Source: Piromyces finnis finn (lineage: Eukaryota; Fungi; Neocallimastigomycota). Taken from it: a stretch of 20,926 nucleotides of DNA. Numbering within the stretch: the first letter of the stretch is position 1; each line of letters starts with the position of its first letter. The stretch is taken from positions 1-20,926 of the forward strand of contig MCFH01000179.1 of NCBI GenBank assembly GCA_002104945.1. The letters run 5' to 3'. Below the pieces are notes generated by a model, which worked only from the letters and a program-made list of their open reading frames with translations, did not search any database and was not told the origin of the DNA. Made by a program: the position numbers and the translations under genes. This document shows, piece by piece, positions 1 through 10,926 of the stretch.

Positions 1-790
1 ATTTAAAAATTCCTGTTCTAGTCCACTTCCTGTTTTTATATCAATTGTCAAAGAAGATATCTCTTCTAATATTTCTAATAATAATGGTAGTGATAAGAAG
101 CAGCTTATTATAAATGATATAATAAATGAAATACCTATTGATAGTAGAAATAATATAAAGCAACTATTTTCTGAGTATAGAGATGTAGTGGCAATAAAGA
201 CAGATGATTTAGGTCATTCTAAATTAATGCCACATAGAATAAATTTAGTTCCTGGAACCCAACCTATTAAACAACATGCATATAGATTATCTAAAGTGCA
301 AGCTGATGCATTAAAAATGAATTAATTAAGCTTATTGATAATAAATTATTGTTCCTTCTAGTTCGTCATGGTCATCCCCAGTAGTCTTAGTACCTAAGAA
401 GAATAATCAAATAAGAATGTGTGTTGACTATAGAAAGGTAAATAATTGCACTATAAAAGATGCATATGCACTTCCCTTGTATGATGATATTTTATACTAT
501 GTGGGTAATGCTACTATTTTATCTACTATTGATTTGTTTTCGGGTTATCATCAAATACCTATGCATCCTGATGATAGAGACATAACTTGCTTCACTACCA
601 TATATGGAAATTTTAATTTCCAAGTTATGCCTTTTGGACTTTGTAATGCACCGGCCACTTTTCAACGTGAAATGAATCGTATATTTTTTGATTTAATTGG
701 TGTATGTGTATTTGTTTATATAGATGACCTTGTTATTTATTCTAATTCATTGGAGCAACATTATGAAGACATCAAAAAGGTTTTTAAAAT
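1..790 (+). pseudogene. pol: Inverted copy of the element A reverse transcriptase fragment
   Basis: ORF 417-806 has MCVDYRKVN, DLFSGYHQI, MPFGLCNAPATFQR and YIDD RT motifs. It is the mirror image of 821-1609. Confidence 0.9.
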
Positions 791-1609
791 GTCTACATTA
801 ATTTAAACTTATTATGTAAAATTTTAAAAACCTTTTTGATGTCTTCATAATGTTGCTCCAATGAATTAGAATAAATAACAAGGTCTATCTATATAAACAA
901 ATACACATACACCAATTAAATCAAAAATATACGATTCATTCACGTTGAAAAGTGGCCGGTGCATTACAAAGTCCAAAAGGCATAACTTGGAAATTAAAAA
1001 TTTCCATATATGGTAGTGAAGCAAGTTATGTCTCTATCATCAGGATGCATAGGTATTTGATGATAACCCGAAAACAAATCAATAGTAGATAAAATAGTAG
1101 CATTACCACATAGTATAAAATATCATCATACAAGGGAAGTGCATATGCACTTTTATAGTGCAATTATTTACCTTTCTATAGTCAACACACATTCTTATTT
1201 GATTATTCTTCTTAGGTACTAAGACTACTGGGGATGACCATGACGAACTAGAAGGAACAATTAATTTATTATCAATAAGCTTAATTAATTCATTTTTTAA
1301 TGCATCAGCTTGCACTTTAGATAATCTATATGCATGTTGTTTAATAGGTTGGGTTCCAGGAACTAAATTTATTCTATGTGGCATTAATTTAGAATGACCT
1401 AAATCATCTGTCTTTATTGCCACTACATCTCTATACTCAGAAAATAGTTGCTTTATATTATTTCACTATCAATAGGTATTTATTTTATTATATCATTTAT
1501 AATAAGCTGCTTCTTATCACTACCATTATTATTAGAAATATTAGAAGAGATATCTTCTTTGACAATTGATATAAAAACAGGAAGTGGACTAGAACAGGAA
1601 TTTTTAAAT
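1..1609. repeat. Long inverted repeat (fold-back): arm 1-790 is the reverse complement of 821-1609, with a 30-nt loop at 791-820
   Basis: Aligned by eye: base 1 pairs with 1609 and 771-790 pairs with 821-840. The arms differ by about 11 single-base indels and no unambiguous substitution. Confidence 0.97.
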
Positions 1610-3705
1610 AAAGCATTATCATCAGATTTATAACTATTTTTAGTAGTAATATTATTAGGACATAAGATATATTACTTTCACAGTTATTTATAAAATCAGA
1701 AACTCTTAAATTGGAAATTTTATCAGGAGCATTATTATTAGAACACACATTATTAAATTTACTCAACTCGTACTCTATATATTTTTATCATCATCTTTAT
1801 TAATATTATTTGAATTATTAAAATTACATCATAGAGTAAATGTGTTAATTTAATACATTCATTATTATATTAACATGTAATAAAGAATCGTCAACTAAAT
1901 TTAAAATAAAATTATTTCTTTTCAATGTAGCAATTCCAACAAGTACATCAAAGATATCATCTTTTTCTACCTCTCTAAAGTATCTGTAAATGTGTGATTT
2001 CCAATTGTAATCTTAAGTTCATAGATATTTGAATCAATAGAACTATTTGAGTACACTTGAAATATCTTTTCAGATACTCTACCAACTGGTTAATTTCTTG
2101 ATATTGAATTTCTTTAGTGCAGCAGTAGTAATTAGGTTTACACTAGCACAAGAATCTAAGAATATTTCCGATGGTCGATTTTCTATAAATCCATTAACCT
2201 TAATGACTTTATGACTTCCAATAACAGTCATAACATTTATTAGAGATTTCTTATCAATTTCTTTTAATTTCAAAGCTTTAATAAATTCGGATCTAAATTT
2301 CGGAAATAAATCTAAAAGATAACCTAACTTTGTTACTACATCAGTAGAGGCAACTTCTTTTATTAAATCATTGATTTTGAAATCATCAATTAATTCCATC
2401 ATTTTAATATGTTTTTCTAATTTTGGATTACTAGTTTTACTCAGAGATTGGATTTCTTTATACTATCATTTAAATTATTCTTTATTTCATTTAATTTTTC
2501 TTGTTTACTTAATTTTTTTGCATTTGAAATATTGGGTTTATTTATAACAGACAAATCTAAGTAATTTAATTTATTTGTTTTACTAGTATCATTAGTGGTT
2601 TCTAAGACTTTATCACTTTTGTTATTTCCTTTGTTAATATTATCATCTAAAACTATTATTTCTGATTCTTTAATTGATTTCACATCTTCAGAAAAAGATA
2701 CCTGTTTTTCCTTCTTTGGATTATTATCTGGACTTTTATTTTCATTCATAGTATTGGTTTCAATAGTTTCCTCTAATGTGGTATCTTCATCCATAGCTAC
2801 GCTTTTATTAGTTTTATTATTGTTCATTTTCCGTTTAGCTAATTTTAAAGCAGGTGTGCTAAAAGGAATAGGGTTTTTTTTTAATTTTTTTCGGTATCTT
2901 TAAATGGTGTTAACCTTTTAGACTTATTTAATTTTTCATTCTTCTGAGTAACAGCTACCACTTCATTATCTTCACCTATATGGCAGTACTCATTTTTATT
3001 TTCTTGTTGTCTATCATAATATTGTTTTTTATATTTAATGTCTTACAATTTCTTATCATATTATTATTATTAGATGTACAACTTCTATCACACCCACAAG
3101 AATTATTTAATATTCCATAATCTTTCTCATAAACATTATTGTTGTTTTCCTTGTACTTATCATTATCTTTATTAATATTATTAATATTGTTACATTTATA
3201 TTCGTTGATATTATTATAAATATTTTCACAATTTATATTAAAATCTTTATTATTATTATTATCATCATAATTATTATACTTAGTAGCATAAACATCATAG
3301 TTATTTTTCATCATATATATAGTTATCCTTATTATCACTAATATCATAATTATTATCATTGTGTTTAATATCATAAACATAAGTATTATTGTCATATATA
3401 TATTATTATTATTATTAATATCATAAGAATTGTTATTATTTATTATTATTATTATTATTATTAATATCATAAGATATTATTATTATTATTATTATTATTA
3501 TTAGTATCATTATAAATAAAATTAGTATTAGGATTGTTGTTAAAATTAACATTATGACTATCATAGAAATAATTATTCCCATTTAGTTCATTATTATTAT
3601 TATGAACATACATAATATTTTCATTTATTTCATCATTTGAATCAAAAGAATTGCCAAACTTGGTTTGATTACTGGGAGTTGTCCTTCTCCATAGACTAGT
3701 TTAAA
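791..3705 (-). CDS. pol: Element A Pol (Asn-rich spacer, protease, RT to just past YIDD); interrupted by single-base indels and truncated
   Basis: ORF pieces 2441-2827, 2079-2402 (FLDSCASVNLI), 1497-1766 and 1103-1423 (HRINLVPGTQPIKQ, SSWSSPVVLV, MCVDYRK). The loop 791-820 continues the RT roughly as LHN(N)KFKINVD. Confidence 0.85.
3400..3502. repeat. (ATT)n/(AAT)n microsatellite tracts inside the element A Pol spacer
   Basis: Runs of tattattatt at about 3400-3502, reading as AAT (Asn) repeats on the minus strand. Confidence 0.85.
3673..3705 (-). promoter_or_regulatory. Element A putative -1 ribosomal frameshift signal
   Basis: T TTA AAC (3705-3699), then TAG, then a hairpin TGG(G)AG-AAGGACAA-CTCCCA starting 7 nt after the heptamer. 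Confidence 0.7.
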
Positions 3706-5150
3706 TTATTTGATTCAGATGGATTGTTTAAATTTATTTTGGTTGCTTTATTGTAATTATTTTCTGGAAGGTCTTACTATAATAATTATTATAATATTGA
3801 TTATTTAATTGATTAGGGTAATTATTATTAATATTGTTCCTGTTATCACTATCATTAATGTTGTTCCTCATATTATTCTTATTAACATTACTGACGTTAT
3901 TAAATGTATTATTGTTCATTGTGTTGTTTTTATTATAAACTATTAAAACCATTATTATTATATCCATTATATCCAATAGTTATTATAATTATTGTAGCTA
4001 TTAATATTATTACTTTCATTATAATTGTAATTTCCATTTGGATTAAAATTACCTTTCTTATAATCATTATTGGTGTACATATAATAATTGTTATTCATAT
4101 TATTATAGTTATTTTTATGATAATAATCCATATAATTATTTTCATTAATATTTCTATTATCCTTTTGGTTGTTGTTATTAGTATTAGTGTTAAATCCATT
4201 TAAATAACTATTATTGTTGTAATTATTGTTATCATTATTATTATATAAATTTCCATATCTGTTATAAGAATTTCTTTGATTATTAAATTGATTAAAATTA
4301 TTGAAATTATTGAAATTATTTCTTTCTCTTTTATTTGGGCATTCACTAGCTTTATGTCTCATTTGCTTGCAATAGTAACATCTGATACTCCGGAAGTTAC
4401 TATTATTAAAGTACACATTTTCATAATTTCTTGGGATACCTGGATAGGATCTTCCGATAGGCTTTTCTTGTACATAATTTGAATAAGAGTTATTAAAATT
4501 GCTATGGTTAATATTAACATTATCATCATCTACTAATCCTCTATATAACGGATGGTTTAACAAAACATTTCGAGTATTTTTTGTATTTTGGTATACCATA
4601 GAAATATTGTTAGTTTCAGTACTTTCTAGGGTTCTTCTTTCGGCTTTCTCAGCCTTTTCAGCAACTTTAAAAGCTTCAGATAATGTTTCACATTCGGCTA
4701 ATATAACTTGGGAGTGTGGATAAACTCTTTTCTTAATAGAGTTTAAATAGTCATCCACAGAAATAATTTTCATAAAATCTCTTTCCAAGCGGTGGTAAAG
4801 AGTTAAGTATTTATAGTTGAAGCTTTTTATAGTTTCATTTTGTTTAATTTTTAATGTTTTTAATACTGAACATTTATCCCCTGGTTTTATTTCCAGATAA
4901 TCTTCAATAGCAGATTGTACCTCTTTATAAGTAGGATACCTTTTAACGTTATTATGAGAGGTACATAAAGATTTAAAACATTCTTGATATCCGCTTCAAC
5001 GGCAACTTTTAACCACACAAATATTCTAGAGGGCTCTTGTATATCATGGATCTCCATGACACTTATAAAATCCTCCATCCAAGAATCAATATCCTTTCCA
5101 TAATCGCAGAGGTATGGAAGGTCTCTTTTTACTTTAGTGGCGTCAACCAT
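3696..5150 (-). CDS. gag: Element A Gag with CCHC zinc knuckle and long Asn/Tyr-rich tail (frameshifted as sequenced)
   Basis: ORFs 4887-5150, 3967-4788 (CYYCKQMRHKASEC) and 3734-3976. The ISVDDY...TLSEAFKVAEK segment aligns with element B Gag ISVLDY...TLEKAFKIAEK. Confidence 0.85.
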
Positions 5151-5385
5151 TTTAATTATTTATTTATTTTAAAATAAATTTATATAATAACTTCTTATAT
5201 ATTATTGTTATAATAATTTTATATATATAAATAATATTTGTGTAAATTAATAGTTTTATAGTAGAAAGTTTTATTTATATAAAAGAACTTATTTTAATTA
5301 AAAGTAATAAAATAAATAAAAAAAATAAATATAATTAGAATAGAAATAATACTATTAATGTTTCATATTATTCAATATTGCTACG

Positions 5386-5401
5386 CCCGGATTCTCCACC
5401 A
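5386..5401 (-). promoter_or_regulatory. Element A primer-binding site, tRNA-Ala
   Basis: Minus strand TGGTGGAGAATCCGGG is complementary to a tRNA 3' end CCCGGATTCTCCACCA. U70-C71-C72-A73-CCA fits the G3:U70 alanine identity element. Confidence 0.85.
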
Positions 5402-5408
5402 AATTTTA

Positions 5409-6161
5409 TGATGCAATATATTTCAAAAACACCATAAATAATAATATTATGAACGTTAGCAATAGGGAATGATATATGAATAATATATTAGTTAATATTG
5501 TATTTATTTCTATTTTATAATAATAAAAATAAATAATAAAAATAATAAATTTTATAAAATATAATTAAATAGATTTTGGTTTAAAGATTCTTTATTTAAT
5601 TAGTATTATTATTATGATTATAACATTAATAACATTCAATACTAATAGGATCGAAAGTTATTATTGAATAAATATAAATAGTAAAATATAATGTGAAATA
5701 TAAAAATATGTTGATAAAAGTATTATTAATGATAAAATATAACTTTTCTGAAATAATAAAAATAAACAATAAATATTCTTTCTTTTATAATTAATATTTA
5801 AACGGAATGAAATATAATAAATACTAAATACGTAATTATTAACCTAAAACTAACTTAAACTAAAACTATTAATATAAAAATAAAATAAAACTAATACTTA
5901 AAACTAAAATATCAAATATTATTTATAAATGAAAAGTTCTCCCTCCTTTGATATCTTCTGCTTTAACACTCCCTTTTATATCTTTTCCTTTCTTGTGTAA
6001 CTAATTATTCTAATGTATGTGTAACATTTGCGTCATAATAATTTATACTAATATAGTTTAATTATTATTATCATTAGTAATTGTATATACAATTTATAAA
6101 AGGATTAGATATTATTCATAAAATATTTAAAATATTATATTTTTCTATGCATCTTGTATCA
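5409..6161 (-). repeat. Element A 5' LTR (753 bp)
   Basis: Terminal inverted repeat TGATGCAA...TTGTATCA (7/8 match), 7 nt from the PBS. Only one copy is in the window. Confidence 0.8.
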
Positions 6162-6165
6162 ACAA

Positions 6166-6863
6166 TGTTATGGTTCGAGGAATTTAGTTTATTTATAAAA
6201 TATTAATAAATTTATAATACTCAAAAATAATATTAAAATAAATAAGAAAAATTGTTTTATTAATAAATTGTTTTATTAAATATTAAATATATAAATTAAA
6301 AAATAAAATAAAAATAAAAATAAAATTATCTTTCTCTAATTCTTATAATATACACCTTTTTATACTTTTGTAAAAAATTAAGTAGTGTTAATTAAAAGAA
6401 TTAGTCTTTAATTATTTACATTAATTTTAGTATTTAAATTACTTTTAATTAAATAATAAAATTACATTACTATTATAATAAATTATATACATATTATTAA
6501 ATTGATTAACATACATTAAAAGTTTACTTTAAATATATTTAACTAAAGAATTTTACTATTTTACAGAAATATTATTCATAATTTTAATTAATAAAAATTC
6601 ATTAACTTGATAAATTAAACTAAAAGTTCAATAAACTATAATTTCATATATATATTATTATTATTACTAAATTAATTTTTAATTTAATAAAATAAAATTT
6701 AAGTTCAATAAAAATAATATTAATAATTTTAAATATAATTTAATGTATACATTAATTTACAAATAAGAATATTGTAAAGTTTTCATACATTTAGGAACAA
6801 TAATGGATTAGGTCATAATCATTAATTATGACAAGAATAACATTATTTGTTGGTTCCTTAACA
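6166..6863 (-). repeat. Element B 3' LTR (698 bp)
   Basis: Direct repeat of 12972-13689, with TGTTA/TAACA termini. Confidence 0.96.
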
Positions 6864-6886
6864 AGTGCCCCCACGAAGACTCTTGC
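6864..6886 (-). promoter_or_regulatory. Element B putative polypurine tract region
   Basis: Minus strand GCAAGAGTCTTCGTGGGGGCACT lies between the integrase stop and the 3' LTR. The G5 run is at 6868-6872 and the tract is short. Confidence 0.5.
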
Positions 6887-9800
6887 TTACGCAAAAGCAG
6901 AGTTAAACTTTACAATGTTCTTAAGATGAACATTTCGGTTCATCTGAATTCCAGTGGATATATCAGCTAAAGTAACGTATTGAATTGTTTCTTGACAACT
7001 TTGAGTGGTCCAACGAAATAAGGCTCTAACTTCGTTCGATTAAAATTTCTAACTAATACTAGATCACCGATATGGATATTTTTGCCCTTAGTCATACTTT
7101 GTTTTTCTTCCCTTCTAGTAGCCCAGTATTTATTCGCATTTTTAATATTTTCACAAGCTTCCAACGTCCACCTGTAATGATTAATAAACTTCTCAAGTAA
7201 GATTTCATCCGAAGACTGATTAATACCCTTAGTAGGTCTGGCGGCAATATCAAAGGGTTGCTGATCTTCTCTTCCTAAACCAATTCAAAACTAGAATGGT
7301 TTGTGACAGTATTTTTAGTAGTTCTGAGCGCCCAAAGAGCAGAAGGCAAAATTCATCCCAATCCTTGTTTTCTTTCCAAGCAGTCTTAGAAGCTTTCCAA
7401 TTTCTTTGTTTCTATTTTCAGTCAAACCATTACTTTCAGGATGATAAGTTGAGACAAACTTGACATAGACATCATATAAGTCCAGGAAAACTTTGGTCAT
7501 ATCTGAGGTAAATTGGACACCGTTATCGGTTGTAATGACTTGTGGTACTCCATGCCGAGAGAAAACATTGATTAAAAATTTTATGACATCCTTTGAAGTG
7601 ATATTTCGGTGGGTTCTGCTTCGACCCATTTTGTGAAATGATCCACTGCAACTATAATATATTGGTTATTGTTACGAGTTTTTACCAATGGACCAATGAT
7701 ATCTAAACCCAGATGAGTGAAAGGAGCTTCAACCTCAGTTGGAAGATTTTCGTAGGTTCTGGATATGGTTGAGGGCGATTAAGTTGGCATTTTTCACATT
7801 TGGCTACAACTCTTCGAATATCATTAACCATGTCGTTCCAATAATAGCTTTTTCTCAGACGTTGATAAGTTTTATAATATCCTTCATGTCCAATGTTATG
7901 AGCTTCCAAAATCAATTTCAGCTTTTCATTGGTTTCCGTGATCAGTTTTCGATAATTCCTTCCATCAATAAAGTAATCCACCCATCTATTTTGGTGAACT
8001 TTTCTTCAACAAATTCTTTAATTACCTTAGATAGCATGGTTTCTTCTATACCTTTATTAATTTTAGTAGCTAACACTTCCTTATCTTTGTCATTTCTCAT
8101 TCGAGACAGTGCATCTGCTACAACATTCTTTTTACCTTGTTCATAACGAATATCAACTCCTAGCATACTAGCTGTTAAACACCATCTTGTTTGTCTTGCA
8201 TTGTTTGGCTCCTTATTTTTAAATAATCCAATTAATGGTTTATGATCAGTATAGACGATAGTCTTGAATGGACTTCCCATTATATAAGGCTTTAATTTAG
8301 TAATGCAGTAAAATAAGGCAGTCCCTTCCAAGTCAGTAATTCCATAATTTTTTTCTGCTTTCGTCAGACTTCGGCTAATATAATGAATTGGATGTTCAAT
8401 ATCTGTGCCTTCCTTTTGTAATAATACTCCTCCGATTCCTTCATACGATGCATCTGTTCGGATTATAAATTCTTTCTCAAAATCAGGGAATTTCAGAATA
8501 GGCGCATTAATTAACTTTTCTTTCAATATAATAAAACTCTCTTGTTGTTCATTACACCATTTGAAAGGAACACCTTTTCTAAGCAGCTTACACAAGGGAG
8601 CAGTAAGTTTAGCATAATTAGGAATAAAATCTCTATAATATCCAATTGAACCTAGGAATGATCTTAATTCATGGATATTCGAAGGAGGTTTCCAATTTTT
8701 TATAGCTTGGATTTTGTTATCTAATGGTTTAAGACCTTCTGTAGTTAAACGATGGCCTAACACGTCAACTTCAGTTTGCATAAAATGACATTTTTCAATA
8801 TTGATTTTTAGTTTGTTTTCCCGGAAAATTGCTAAAACTTGATTTATATGTTCAATATGTTCTTCAATATCTTTGAATAGATCAGAATATCATCAATGAA
8901 GTTATAAACACACTTTCCAATTAACGGAAACAGAATCCGATTCATCTCCCTCTGAAATGTAGCGGGTGCTCCAGTGAGACCAAAAGGCATAACCTTGAAT
9001 TGGTAATTTCCAAACTTAGTTGTAAAACTTGTCAATTCAACGCTTTCTTCATCCATAAGGATTTGATGATAGCCGGAATATAAGTCCATAGTAGTGAATA
9101 TAGTTGCACCATGTAAACTATCAAATATCTCATCTATAAAAGGAATTGAATAGGCATCCTTTTCAGACAAATCATTAACTCTTCGATAGTCCACGCACAT
9201 TCTCCATTTCCCATTATGCTTCGGGACCAAAACCACCGGAGAAGACCATTCCGAGTACGATGGCTCAATTAGCTTTTTATTAATCAATTTAGACAATTCT
9301 TCCTTAAGTATATCAGATTTGAACTTGGCTAACCTATATGATCTTTGTTTAATTGGCTTTGCTCCTGGCTTTAAATTAATCTTATGGGGAGTTAAATTCG
9401 AAGGTGTTAGTTCTTCAGAAGAAGTAGCAATAATTTCAATATTCTCTTCCAATATCCGAACAATTTGTTCTCGATACTTTTCATTAAGAGTCTCAGTAAA
9501 ATTTTTATTGTGAATATATTCTGAAGGTGGTAAACCTTCAATTTTTTTCAAATCACTTTTAAAATCTTCATCACCGACTCTACGTATCATACACATAATC
9601 TTTTCTTCATCATCATTTGTTATTAATTGGAGCAATATCTTCAATAAATCCATTTGAATTAAATCTGCAAAGACTATAGCGAAGTGGTGGATAAATAAGT
9701 TGTTATCCATTTGGGTTTTAAATTAATTAACATATCATAAAAGGGGTCTTCTTTATCCACCACTCTAAAATCAGCAGTGATTGTAAGATCATTTATCTGG

Positions 9801-10926
9801 ACCGGTACTCTAATAATTATGCCTTCCGAATAGTCATCATTTTTAGTAGCTAAACGTATTCTTCCACAACTCAATCCAATAGATTCATATTGATGGGGAA
9901 GTTTATCTAAATATTTTTTTGTTATAATACTTAAGTTGCTACAGGAATCAACTAATAATTTACCTGGTACCCCATCAACCGTTGCATCTACCATAGCGAT
10001 ATCTTCTTCTGATACTTCTTTACTTTTGCTTACATACGAATGATCTACATTATTTACTAATACCGAAGTAGCATTAAAATTCTCCAGAGCTCCCACAATT
10101 TTTGTGTTTTCTTTTCCAGTTTAAGACCTTGTGACACTTGCGTTCGTAACTTTGGAGCCGAGTTAAGTAATTGACCAAAAGTAATATTGCATTTTGTTTC
10201 GTTAAGATCTTTAACTACATTATATTCTTCCGTATCTGCTATCATTTGAATATTTCTAGCAGTTTTCTTAACCTTCGATTCTGCAGGTTTTTCTTTCTTT
10301 TGCTCTTTCATTAATTTATTTAGAGTTGAATTAGAAGTAGTTTGGTTGATTCACTTGTGTTATCTTTCTCTACCACCTTAGCATTTCTTATCTGTAATTG
10401 CAGATAACATTTCTTCTTCATCATAGTCGATAATAATAGGATCTTCATTAGAACTTGCCAATTCATTCTTTTCTTCTTCCTTTTGTTCACTACTACTAGC
10501 ACGCTCTTTATCCCGAAGTTTTCTTTCTTTTAGTTTTTGTTCTCTGATATTCGGTTGAGCAATAATAGAAGGATGCAGTTGCTTAGGAGAAACATCTATT
10601 GGTATATTTTCTAATTCTTGTGCTTTACTTTCCTAAGAGCAGGTGTAAGAATAGGTCTAGGATCATTTTTCAAGTTTTTGTGAAGTCGTTTTTCTTTATT
10701 ATCATCTTGTTCTTTGCTTATTTTATCCAACTTCCTTTTATTAGCACATACAAAGAACTGTTCATTAATATCAGTATCTTCAAAGTCACTTTCGTTTCTC
10801 ATTCACATATTCTTCTTTCGACCAATCACTCTGGCTTGTTGTTTCTTCACTTGGCATTGACTGATACTGAGCTGAAGCTATTTTATTGACGATGGGAGTG
10901 CTTCTTCTCCCACTTAATGATTTAAA
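6887..10926 (-). CDS. pol: Element B Pol: spacer, protease, RT, RNase H, integrase (frameshifted as sequenced)
   Basis: PR LLVDSCSNLS (ORF 9674-10096). RT MCVDYRR, MPFGL and FIDD (8844-9710). RH TDAS and YTDHKPL (7942-8781). IN HNIGH...CEKC, TDNGVQF, ENRNKE and VGPLKV. Stop TAA at 6887-6889. Confidence 0.93.
10874..10926 (-). promoter_or_regulatory. Element B putative -1 frameshift signal with possible pseudoknot
   Basis: T TTA AAT (10926-10920), 7-nt spacer, hairpin TGGGAG-AAGAAGCA-CTCCCA. Loop GAAGC can pair with GCTTC at 10878-10874. One missing base upstream is needed for the gag frame to fit. Confidence 0.62.

Larger units (their letters stand above)
791..6161 (-). mobile_element. Ty3/gypsy LTR retrotransposon A (5' LTR, PBS, gag, protease, partial RT; 3' part missing)
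   Basis: LTR 5409-6161, PBS 5386-5401, gag with CCHC knuckle, aspartic protease and RT motifs, in the order gag-PR-RT. Confidence 0.93.

Noticed and set aside
2976-3470. 164-aa ORF with poly-Ile/Met stretches that looks like a signal or membrane peptide
   Set aside because: A frame-mixed reading of the AAT microsatellite in the A Pol spacer, not a separate gene.
6172-6182. B-box-like GGTTCGAGGAA at the end of both B LTRs (also 12978-12988)
   Set aside because: It lacks the invariant C of GTTCRANNC and has no A box, so it is not supportable as a Pol III promoter.
8890-8915. FIDD instead of YXDD in the B reverse transcriptase
   Set aside because: FIDD is a common variant in Ty3/gypsy RTs.
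1448-10889. Plus-strand ORFs such as 1448-1633, 2595-2903, 3904-4203, 4276-4482, 4499-4723, 7739-8146, 8405-8617, 9319-9513 and 10599-10889
   Set aside because: Antisense shadows of gag/pol. The Ile/Leu/Phe-rich translations come from reading AAT- or GAA-rich codons backwards and have no independent motifs.
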